DNA from: Ostreococcus lucimarinus
Taxonomy: Eukaryota
Reading direction: 5' to 3' (one strand)
Length of the DNA stretch: 64,000 bases
NCBI GenBank assembly: GCA_000092065.1
Contig: CP000596.1
Part shown: one piece after another, positions 1 to 8,037 of the stretch
Layout: every line of letters begins with the position of its first letter
Position numbering within the stretch: position 1 is the stretch's first letter
Translations under genes and position numbers: made by a program
Notes under the pieces: generated by a model
The model's input: only the letters and a program-made list of their open reading frames with translations
Databases searched by the model: none
Told to the model about the DNA's origin: nothing

Positions 1-839
1 ATGTCGAGAATTAAATAATCCAGCTCGCCCCAATCCGTCGTCGTCAAGAGTTGATTAATCAACCCGCTCACCATCGGTCCGCGCATGATGGCGCTCCCTT
101 GTCCGGCGAACCCGAACGAGACCACCTTCACTCCCTCGTACTCCACCGGCGTGATCGTTCCCGTGCCTTTATCCATCTCTAACACCGGCGATTCGGGCGA
201 AATCATCGTCGGCAAGCTCGGTCCGTAGACGTCGGCGTCCAAAATCCCCACCTTTGCCCCCATCATGGCCAGCGTGTACGCCAAGTTCACGCTCGTCGTC
301 GATTTCCCGACTCCGCCCTTACACGAGCTCACCGCGATGATGTGTCGCACTCTGCGCAATCCCTCAACCGTCTCCGGCGCGTCGTTTCTCGCCGGCTGCG
401 CCGTCATCGTCACCCGCACGTTCTTCACCCATTCCAACTCCCCGACGAACGCCTTCGCCTGCCGTTCGAATTCCGCCTTCACCGGGCACGCCGGTGTCGT
501 CAATTCAATCGCAAACAGCACGTTTCCCGCGCTTTCGTCCACGTTCAGCGCTTTGACAAAGCCGCAGTTTACGATGTCCTCGCCAAAGTCTGGGTCGATC
601 ACCCGTCGCAGCTTTTCCAGCACCGCCGCCTCTTTGCTCCCGTCCGGGGCGCTGTAAATCGCGGGCATGGACGTGGTATCCACGTCCGCGGCGTCCAACG
701 CGTCGTGACCGTCCACCGCGGCGTGACGCGCGCGCACGGCGGCGCGCGGGCGTCGAGCGGCGTTATCCAAACGCTCGCGCGGCGGCTTCATAGCGCGCGC
801 TGACGGCGCGAAGACGCGCGCGGCGCCGACGCGAGGCAT
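1..839 (-). CDS. HCF101-like Mrp/NBP35-family Fe-S cluster assembly ATPase, 5' part of gene. The CDS runs off the window start. The start is ATG at 839 or the in-frame ATG at 791.
   Basis: Reverse-complement translation reads MKPPRERLDNAARR...VLEKLRRVIDPDFGEDIVNCGFVKALNV (DUF59/MIP18-like) followed by RHIIAVSSCKGGVGKSTTSVNLAYTLAMMGAKVGILDADVYGPSLPTM, the Mrp/NBP35 P-loop. The N-terminus is Ser/Arg/Ala-rich and looks like a transit peptide. It is absent from the ORF track because no stop falls in the window. Confidence 0.8.
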   Translation of the reverse strand, partial: MPRVGAARVFAPSARAMKPPRERLDNAARRPRAAVRARHAAVDGHDALDAADVDTTSMPAIYSAPDGSKEAAVLEKLRRVIDPDFGEDIVNCGFVKALNVDESAGNVLFAIELTTPACPVKAEFERQAKAFVGELEWVKNVRVTMTAQPARNDAPETVEGLRRVRHIIAVSSCKGGVGKSTTSVNLAYTLAMMGAKVGILDADVYGPSLPTMISPESPVLEMDKGTGTITPVEYEGVKVVSFGFAGQGSAIMRGPMVSGLINQLLTTTDWGELDYLILD

Positions 840-1040
840 CGCGGCGCGTTCTATCGATCGCGCGCGCGCGTCCGGAGAATCGCGCGGGCGCCGACGCGCG
901 CGCGTGCGTGTGCGCTCGTCGCGCCTCGTCGCCTCGCGTCTCGTTCGACGTTCAACGTACAGCGCTATTCCTATTCCTATTCTCCGCGCTCGTCGCGCGC
1001 TCGCCGCGCGCGCGCGACGTCACCTCGCGATCACCCGATG

Positions 1041-1625
1041 TCACCCGCGCCCGCGCCCGCGCCCGCGCGCGCCCCCCCGTCGGCCGAATTCGCCTCGCCG
1101 TCTCGCGCGCAGCGCCTTGTCGACGGCTTTGCTCTCTCGCAGCGCCGCCTCGAGTTTCGCCCCGCCGTGCGCGCGCTTGAACACCCACAAAAAGCACCCC
1201 GCCTTGGTGCGTCGTCGCCAAATCCCGCTCCCGGTCGCGCCCGCCTCGTACTTCGACCCGCCCTCGCGTTCGATTCGAAGCGTCTCTCGCAGCGCGGCGT
1301 CCATCGCGTCGCCGCCGAACGCGCGCGCGAGCCTTCGCATCAGGTGTCGCTTCGGCTCCTCGATCGTCGCCGCGACGCGTTCGGCGCACTTGAAATCTTC
1401 TTCGCGCATCTCGACGCGCGTCGGATCGTCGACGTCGAGCATCGCGTCGTCGTCGCGCGTCGTCGTCGTCGCCGCGCGGCGCGCGTCCCGAGCGTCGCGC
1501 GCCGTCACCTCCCCCTCCTCGACCTCGCGTTCGGCGTCGACCGCGCGCGCGTCGTCCATCGCTTCCATGGCTTCGTAATCGATCAGCGCGTCCTCGTCGT
1601 CGTTCGCGTCGTCGTCGCGCGCCAT
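1041..1625 (-). CDS. Hypothetical protein with an acidic N-terminus and an RGG tail.
   Basis: A 194-aa ORF starts with a true ATG at 1625 (MARDDDANDDEDALIDYEAMEAMDD...FKCAERVAATIEEPKRHLMRRLARAFGG...GIWRRRTKAGCFLWVFKRAHGG...GRGRGRG). Codon usage is GC3-rich. It sits head-to-head with the ARF gene. I do not recognise a family. Confidence 0.4.
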   Translation of the reverse strand: MARDDDANDDEDALIDYEAMEAMDDARAVDAEREVEEGEVTARDARDARRAATTTTRDDDAMLDVDDPTRVEMREEDFKCAERVAATIEEPKRHLMRRLARAFGGDAMDAALRETLRIEREGGSKYEAGATGSGIWRRRTKAGCFLWVFKRAHGGAKLEAALRESKAVDKALRARRRGEFGRRGGARGRGRGRG

Positions 1626-1699
1626 GACGGTGCTCGCGCGCGCGAATCGATGTCCCGTTGCGTCACAATCTGCCGCGCGCGCCGTCGCCGTCGCGCGCC
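1626..1699. promoter_or_regulatory. Putative bidirectional promoter, 74 bp between divergent start codons.
   Basis: The ATG at 1625 (- strand) and the ATG at 1700 (+ strand) diverge from this spacer. Confidence 0.3.
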
Positions 1700-2335
1700 A
1701 TGGGCGCGGCGCTGAGCCAGGCGCGGACGCTGTTCGACAAGTACTTCGGCAACGTGGACATGCGCGTCGTCATGCTCGGCCTGGACGCCGCCGGGAAGAC
1801 GACGATCCTGTACAAGCTGCACATCGGCGAGGTCCTGAGCACGGTGCCCACGCTCGGGTTCAACGTCGAGAAGGTGCAGTACAAGAACGTCGTGTTCACG
1901 GTCTGGGACGTCGGCGGACAGGAGAAGCTGCGACCGCTGTGGAGGCATTACTTCAACAACACGGACGGGTTGATCTTCGTGGTGGATTGCCTCGATCGAG
2001 AGCGCGCGAGACGAGCGAAGGAGGAGTTTTACAGCATCGTCAACGACGCGTTCATGCGAAACAGCGCGATATTGATATTCGCGAATAAACAGGACCTGAA
2101 GGGGGCGATGACGACGGCGGAGCTGGTGGAGGCGTTTGAACTGCCGTCGCTGAAGGGACGGAGGTGGCACGTGCAGGCGTCGTGCGCGACGCAAGGGCTG
2201 GGGCTGTACGAGGGACTGGATTGGTTGTCGAGCACGCTGACGAAGATGCGAAGGAATGGGGTGGTGACGAGCGTGGGGAGTAGCGGAGAGCGACACGGGG
2301 CGGGGAGACAGGGACGCTCGGCGCGGTTTACGTAG
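1700..2335 (+). CDS. ARF-family small GTPase (ARF/ARL-like) with a C-terminal extension.
   Basis: MGAALSQ carries an N-myristoylation-type Gly2. [15 protein letters not shown] is the P-loop. The [17 protein letters not shown] switch II and the NKQDL and CAT motifs are present. It is very close to the ARF1 pattern. The first ATG in the frame is at 1700; the ORF-track start at 1658 is a TTG. Confidence 0.9.
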   Translation: MGAALSQARTLFDKYFGNVDMRVVMLGLDAAGKTTILYKLHIGEVLSTVPTLGFNVEKVQYKNVVFTVWDVGGQEKLRPLWRHYFNNTDGLIFVVDCLDRERARRAKEEFYSIVNDAFMRNSAILIFANKQDLKGAMTTAELVEAFELPSLKGRRWHVQASCATQGLGLYEGLDWLSSTLTKMRRNGVVTSVGSSGERHGAGRQGRSARFT

Positions 2336-2520
2336 GCGAGGCGAGCGAGACGCTTTAGACTGGGAACGCGGTCGCCTCATAGCAGCGGCGTCGGGTTCGT
2401 GTAATAAGACGACGATACGTGTGATGTGATGATGATTTTCGCGTCGGCGCGTCGCGCGATGGCGAAGCGTCGACAGTCGTCGACGATGATTCGAGTAATA
2501 CAAGTACACACAACGTAGGG

Positions 2521-4890
2521 CTACTTTTTACGCGCGAGCAGCAGCTTGGCTTCTTCGAGTTCCTCGCGACACTTGCCGCAGCCCTTGGCGGCGTAGCGAC
2601 ACTTCGAGCACCCGAGCTCGGTGCGAGGCGGACGCAACACGCGAGGTCGACCGCGAGCGGGCTTACCGTCCGCCGTGCGCACGGGGACGAGCGTGAGCTC
2701 CGTGACGATTTTCCGTTCGCCCGTGTTGATGTCGATGAACGCCTTCGCCTTTGACTTGGATGGGAACTTGACGTTGACTCCCTTGGCGCTCTTCGTTTGA
2801 ACGCGCGGGGCCGTCTTTGCCTTGGTCTTCGTCGTCTTCTTCGCCGCCACCGCCCTGGTCTTCGGCGTTCCACCGCGAGGTCCGCGTTTTGAGCGCGGCG
2901 TGTCTGGATCGCACGCGCCGCACCCTGTGGATGCCCAACGACACTTGCTGCATCCTTTCCCGACGACCACGAGCGCCATGGAATTGTCCGCGCGAACGCT
3001 CGCCTTCTTCTTTGGCGCCTTGGTGGCTTTCTTCGCCGCGAGTGCCAACTTTTGCGCAGCTGGTCCGCGCGGAAGTCGCGCGGTGCCGGGATCGCATGCG
3101 CCGCACCCGTTCGCGGACCATCTGCACTTGCTGCAACCCTTGGTGCCGTAGACGACGAGCGCCATCGAATTCGATGCGGTGGCTTTCGCCGCGCTCTTCG
3201 TCTTCTTCGTCGCTTTCACCACCGTCGGAGCTTTTGTCTTCTTCTTCGCCGCAGCCGCGCGTGGCCCTGTCGGCGCACGCGGCGTGTCTGGATCGCACGC
3301 GCCGCACCCGTTCGACGCCCATCGACATTTGCTGCATCCTTTCGAGCGCACGAGCGCGAGCGCCATCGAATCGTCCCTCGCGGGCGCTTCGACTCTGGAC
3401 TTTTTCGCCGGTGGCGGACCGTTTTTCACCTTGGGTGGGCGCCCACGGCGCTTTTTTTGTGGCTTCGAAGCTTCTGACTGCGTCGTCGCCGCGTTCAAGT
3501 CGACGACGCCGAGCGGCGATCGCGTCGCCTCGACGACGGGCGCGACGTCCACGGCGACTCGCGCCACCGTGACCACGGGCGTGCTCGCGACGGGCGTTTT
3601 CTCTCGTGGAGGCGGCATGTCATCCTCCGGCTCGCGCGCGTGCTGTAAGTACATCGGCGGCGGCAATTCGACGAGTTGTCGGTTCATGAGCGGATGCCAT
3701 CTCGGTCCCGGCGTGCACGAATCGATGGCGGGCGTCATCGCGTACGGCGTCGGCGCGTACGGCGTCATCGTGAATGGACCCGGCGTCAGCGCTTGCACGC
3801 TCATTGGACTTCTCTGTTCGACTTCTTCGCCTTCGTCGTCGTCTTCTCCGTCGTCCACGTCCGTGCACTGCACGCTCTCCTCTGGGAAACTCGTCGGGCG
3901 CGCGGGCGTGCACCCGCCCATGGGCAGCTCCAAATCGTTTGCTTCGCGGAAATCCACCATCTCCTCGATCGCCTCGTCCGCGCTCCACCGCTCGTTCGCG
4001 TCGACCCAGGTCGTGGACTTCAAAAACTCGTACAACACGCGACATCCCGGCGCGACGCGGTCGTCAAACTTGGCGAGAATCTCCTTGACGCGCGTCTCTT
4101 GACCCGCCGTCGCCGCAATCTTCTTCTCCAACTTCAGCTCCCCGAGCGCTTCTTCCAGCTGACAATCCACCAAAACCTCCACGTCTAAGCACATGGACGC
4201 GGCCCAGACCAAGAACGCCCACATATCGGCTTGAAAGTCGTAATGCGGCCCGCGCGTCTCCGGCGCGATGTACCCGCACGTCCCCGGTCCCTGCAGCGTC
4301 ATCCTCCGCTTCCCAACCTTTGGCAGCCGCACCGCGGTCCCCCAATCCGTGAATCCGATCGTCACCTTCGTCACCGTCCCGAACGCGTTCCTCAGCGCGC
4401 TCCGCACCAACAAATTCTTCGCCTTCAAATCCCTCCACACCACGCGCGCGCCCTTCAGCGCCTCCAGTCCCTCCGCCACCTGCAAGAACAAATCCAACTT
4501 CACCCGCTCGCTCAGCGCGCGTCCGCTCGCCCGCTCCCGCGTCACGAAATCCTCCAAGCATCCGTCCTCGCAGAGTTCGCTCAGCACCGCCAGATACTTC
4601 TTCCCGTCGCTCGGCCGCGTCGTCGCCGCGCACCCGTGCACCTTGACCGCGCACCGCGGCAAATCGCTCACCGTCGCCACCTCGCTCACCACCAGCGATT
4701 CCTTGTTCGAGTCCACCACGCGCGCGCACACGATTTCGTTTCGAAACCGCGCGGCGTACGCGGTGCAGAACCCGCCCTCGCCGAGGACGCGCGCGTAATC
4801 CACCTCCACCTCGGGCTCGGCGAACTGCTTCATGTCCGGGCGGTGCGCCGCGATCGCGCGCAGGCACCGCGCGCACTCGTCGGCGTTCAT
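2521..4890 (-). CDS. Ser/Thr protein kinase fused to a C-terminal array of four C2C2 zinc-knuckle modules separated by Lys/Ala-rich histone-H1-like linkers.
   Basis: There is a true ATG at 4890. The N-terminal kinase domain has LGEGGFCTAY, VAVK-like VKV, WRDLKAKNLL, DWGTA and GTCGYIAPE. A Pro/Thr/Ala-rich linker follows. The motif (M)ALxV...KGCSKCRW(A/S)xxGCGACDP occurs three times and a variant LGCSKCRYAAKGCGKCREE ends the protein. The linkers read AAAKKKTKAPTVVKATKKTKSAAKATAS. Confidence 0.8.
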   Translation of the reverse strand: MNADECARCLRAIAAHRPDMKQFAEPEVEVDYARVLGEGGFCTAYAARFRNEIVCARVVDSNKESLVVSEVATVSDLPRCAVKVHGCAATTRPSDGKKYLAVLSELCEDGCLEDFVTRERASGRALSERVKLDLFLQVAEGLEALKGARVVWRDLKAKNLLVRSALRNAFGTVTKVTIGFTDWGTAVRLPKVGKRRMTLQGPGTCGYIAPETRGPHYDFQADMWAFLVWAASMCLDVEVLVDCQLEEALGELKLEKKIAATAGQETRVKEILAKFDDRVAPGCRVLYEFLKSTTWVDANERWSADEAIEEMVDFREANDLELPMGGCTPARPTSFPEESVQCTDVDDGEDDDEGEEVEQRSPMSVQALTPGPFTMTPYAPTPYAMTPAIDSCTPGPRWHPLMNRQLVELPPPMYLQHAREPEDDMPPPREKTPVASTPVVTVARVAVDVAPVVEATRSPLGVVDLNAATTQSEASKPQKKRRGRPPKVKNGPPPAKKSRVEAPARDDSMALALVRSKGCSKCRWASNGCGACDPDTPRAPTGPRAAAAKKKTKAPTVVKATKKTKSAAKATASNSMALVVYGTKGCSKCRWSANGCGACDPGTARLPRGPAAQKLALAAKKATKAPKKKASVRADNSMALVVVGKGCSKCRWASTGCGACDPDTPRSKRGPRGGTPKTRAVAAKKTTKTKAKTAPRVQTKSAKGVNVKFPSKSKAKAFIDINTGERKIVTELTLVPVRTADGKPARGRPRVLRPPRTELGCSKCRYAAKGCGKCREELEEAKLLLARKK
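2790..3400. repeat. Intragenic tandem repeat of about three units of 195-205 bp. It encodes the CSKCRW...GCGAC knuckle and the KA-rich linker.
   Basis: The motif gcgccat(g/c)gaat(t/c)g plus ...gtgtctggatcgcacgcgccgcacccgt... recurs near 2975, 3165 and 3365. Confidence 0.7.
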
Positions 4891-5230
4891 GGCGACGTCG
4901 AGGATTAAATTTTTGGCGTCGCGCGCGTCGTCGACGCGCGTCGGTCGCGTCGCGCGTCGCGCGATGGCGCGCGCGGGCGGACGGCCGTTGGACGACGTCT
5001 TTCCCCTGGGCGCGTCGTTTTATCGCACTCGTGTACGCATTGTGTGTACGTTTCAGCCCATGTGAGTATCACGGAGCTGGTATTGGTGTCGGACACATGG
5101 GTATGTGTATTTAGTAGTGTATAAATAACACACGAACGCGAGGAAACCCTCGGACCGCGCGCGCGATCGGCACACCGCGGCGTCGATCGCGTCTCCGCGC
5201 GCGCGCCGACGGTCGACGCGCGACGAGAGC

Positions 5231-6124
5231 ATGCTCGCGTCCACCGTCTCCGCGCGCGGCGCCGCGCCGTCGCCGCGCGGCGCGAGCGCGCGCGCGGGAC
5301 CGGGACCGCGCGCGGGCGCGGCGACGACGACGCGACGCGCGGCGACGGCGAGCGCGCGCGCGACGCTCGGAAACTACGGCGGATTCGTCGATGGGAATAA
5401 ACTCGCGCGCGGGCTGGCGCGAGGCGACGGACGACGACGCGCGGCGACGTTCGCGGAGCGCGCGGGCGGGGCGGTGCGCGCGCCGAGGACGCGAGGCGGA
5501 CGCGCGACGAAGACGATGATGCCGATCGGTGTCCCGCGCGTGCCGTACAAGACGCCGAACGAGAACATGTGGCAGTGGGTTGATATTTGGAATTGCTTGT
5601 ACCGAGAGCGGATCATCTGGATCGGGCAGACGATCGACGAGGAACTCGGGAACCAACTCGTGGCGACGATGTTGTTCCTGGACAGCGCGGATCGAAACAA
5701 GCCGATGTACCTGTACATCAACAGCGAGGGGGGGCAGATCGTGCCCACGATGGCGATCCTGGACACCATGAAGCATCTGAACGCCGAGGTCGGGACGGTG
5801 GGGTTCGGAAGCGCGCGCGCGATGGGCGGTTTACTCTTGGCGAGCGGGGCCAAGGGCAAGCGCGCGGCGCTCCCGAACACGTGCATCATGCTTCATCATC
5901 CCTCCGGCGTCGCCCGCGGTTCGGCTTCGGACGTTCAAAACGAGGGTAAAGAGCTCATGCGCATCCGCGGTCAGATCAACAAGAAGATCAGCGACATCAC
6001 CGGTCGTCCCGTCGAGCAAGTGTCCGAGGAGATTCGTCGCGACAAGCACTTCACCCCCGAAGCCGCGCTCGATTACGGCATCATCGACAAGATTCTCTAC
6101 CGTCCGCGCGCGGGCGCGAGATGA
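5231..6124 (+). CDS. Clp protease proteolytic-subunit family protein with a transit peptide. The nucleophile position carries Ala, so it is ClpR-like (non-catalytic).
   Basis: IWNCLYRERIIWIGQTIDEELGNQLVATMLFLD...MYLYINSEGGQIVPTMAILDTMKHL...TVGFGSARAMGGLLLASGAKGKRAALPNTCIMLHHPSG aligns to ClpP [15 protein letters not shown]...RVMIHQPLGG. The Ser97 equivalent is Ala (ARAMG). The His and Asp equivalents are retained. Confidence 0.85.
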   Translation: MLASTVSARGAAPSPRGASARAGPGPRAGAATTTRRAATASARATLGNYGGFVDGNKLARGLARGDGRRRAATFAERAGGAVRAPRTRGGRATKTMMPIGVPRVPYKTPNENMWQWVDIWNCLYRERIIWIGQTIDEELGNQLVATMLFLDSADRNKPMYLYINSEGGQIVPTMAILDTMKHLNAEVGTVGFGSARAMGGLLLASGAKGKRAALPNTCIMLHHPSGVARGSASDVQNEGKELMRIRGQINKKISDITGRPVEQVSEEIRRDKHFTPEAALDYGIIDKILYRPRAGAR

Positions 6125-6571
6125 TCACGACACCGTTCGCTTCGTTCCTCGCATTCGTTCGCGGCGCGCCTTACGCGCGTTCGTTTGTCATAGTTTGATT
6201 CTTCGCGCTTCGCGACCGCGTCCCCTCGTCGCGCTATCCAGATCCCGCGCCCTCGAAAACGCCACTGATGGGCTCCAGCGCCTCTTCAATGCGTCATCCT
6301 AAAACCCTAGTTATGACGTCCCGTGACGTCGATGATGCGCCGACGTCACCACACGTCGACGCGCTCGCCCGCGCCCGACCGATCGCGCGCGCGCGAGCAC
6401 GCGAGCGCCTCTCGCGCCTCTCGCGCCGCGTCTCCCGCGCCCTCGCGCCGCGACTCGGCGCGCTCGACGACGCGCGACGCGACGCGCGCGCCGACCGAGG
6501 GATCGACGGCGACGGCGCCGCGCGACGGCGACGGCGACGCGGCGCGGACGCGGCGCGCGCGGTGAGGCGCG

Positions 6572-7951
6572 ATGATGCGCGCGACGACGACGACGACGAC
6601 GCTGAGCGCGCGCGCGGGATGCGCGACGCAGACGCAGGAACGGTGGACGAGCGTGAGGTCGATGGCGACGAGTCGAGGGGCGAGCGGGACGCGCGGGACG
6701 GCGACGCGAGGCGGACGCGCGAGCGCGAGAGCGCGCGGAGAAGGCGCGACGGTGAGATCAGAGCGCGAAAGGGAAGAGATGAGACGGAGAACGGGCGCGA
6801 GCGGCGGCGCGAGAGGACGGACGTGCGCGCGGGGAGGCGCGAGGAGACGCGCGGTGGCGCCGGATGCGGCGCAGGATAAGAGCGGGACGCCGATGGGGGG
6901 ACGAGTGGCGACGTCGTTCGATGAGCTCGATCCGGAGCATAACACGTCGTTCGGATCGAGTGATGAGGGGAAAGGATACGACATCGCGCAGATCACGGCG
7001 CCGGTGGCGGAGGATATGGAACAGCTGCGCCTGAATTTGAGGGATATCATCGGAAGGAAGAATCCGCTCCTCTTGGCGGCGGCGGATCAAATTTTTGGCG
7101 CTGGAGGGAAGCGGCTGCGACCGGTCTTGGTGTTTCTCGTCGCGCGTGCGACGGCGGAACTGATGCATATGAGCGATATTACGGATAGACAGAGACGGTT
7201 GGCGGAGATTACGGAGATGATTCACACGGCGTCGCTCGTGCACGACGACGTGTTGGACGACTGCGATACGCGTCGCGGCAAGGAAACCATCCACACGTTG
7301 TACGGCGCGCGCGTCGCGATTTTGGCCGGTGACTTCTTATTCGCGCAGTCGTCGTGGTTCCTGGCGAACTTGGACAACTTGGAGGTGATTAAGCTCATCT
7401 CGCAAGTCATCGCGGATTTCGCCGACGGGGAAATTTCTCAGGCGGGCGCGCTATTCAACTGCGACTTGACCCTGGACGAGTACCTCGAAAAGAGTCACAA
7501 CAAGACGGCGTCTTTGATCGCGGCGTCGTGCAAGTCCGCGGCGGTGTTCAGCGAAGTGACCGAGTCGGTCAAGGTTGACATGTACGAATACGGTAAGCAC
7601 CTCGGGTTGGCGTTTCAGGTCGTGGACGATATCTTAGACTTTACGCAATCGGAGGAGCAGTTGGGTAAGCCTCAAGGCCAAGACTTAGCGAGCGGAAACT
7701 TGACAGCCCCGACGATTTTCGCGCTGCGGGCAAAGCCAGAGTTGCGTGCGTTGATTGAGACGCAGTTTGAGAACGAGGGCGATCTTCAGAGAGCGATTGA
7801 GATCGTCAACGAGTTCGGCTTGGAGGAGGCTCAAAAACTGGCGAAGAGAGAGGGCGACATCGCGCTGGCGTCTCTCAGGCAACTCCCCGATAGTGAAGCA
7901 AAGCGGTCGTTAGTAGGCATGGTTGGGTACGTTCTCGAGCGTATCTATTAA
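6572..7951 (+). CDS. Trans-polyprenyl diphosphate synthase, solanesyl-diphosphate-synthase type, with an N-terminal Ser/Thr/Arg-rich transit peptide.
   Basis: The first aspartate-rich motif is LVHDDVLDD and the second is [30 protein letters not shown] and the overall SPS-like spacing are present. ATG ATG at 6572. Confidence 0.85.
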   Translation: MMRATTTTTTLSARAGCATQTQERWTSVRSMATSRGASGTRGTATRGGRASARARGEGATVRSEREREEMRRRTGASGGARGRTCARGGARRRAVAPDAAQDKSGTPMGGRVATSFDELDPEHNTSFGSSDEGKGYDIAQITAPVAEDMEQLRLNLRDIIGRKNPLLLAAADQIFGAGGKRLRPVLVFLVARATAELMHMSDITDRQRRLAEITEMIHTASLVHDDVLDDCDTRRGKETIHTLYGARVAILAGDFLFAQSSWFLANLDNLEVIKLISQVIADFADGEISQAGALFNCDLTLDEYLEKSHNKTASLIAASCKSAAVFSEVTESVKVDMYEYGKHLGLAFQVVDDILDFTQSEEQLGKPQGQDLASGNLTAPTIFALRAKPELRALIETQFENEGDLQRAIEIVNEFGLEEAQKLAKREGDIALASLRQLPDSEAKRSLVGMVGYVLERIY

Positions 7952-8037
7952 AAGCACATCCAGCGCGCATTTTTTAGGTTGCCAAAACAAAACAAGTTCC
8001 AACATCACTAAAACACTCCCGATCGATCAAATATTAT

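Noticed and set aside
6268-6879. A 203-aa + strand ORF upstream of and overlapping the solanesyl-diphosphate synthase start.
   Set aside because: It is a pure Asp/Arg/Ala/Gly repeat composition in a different frame from the SPS CDS. It starts at a non-ATG codon by the track's convention. It is more likely 5'UTR or promoter sequence, although an upstream SPS exon cannot be fully excluded.
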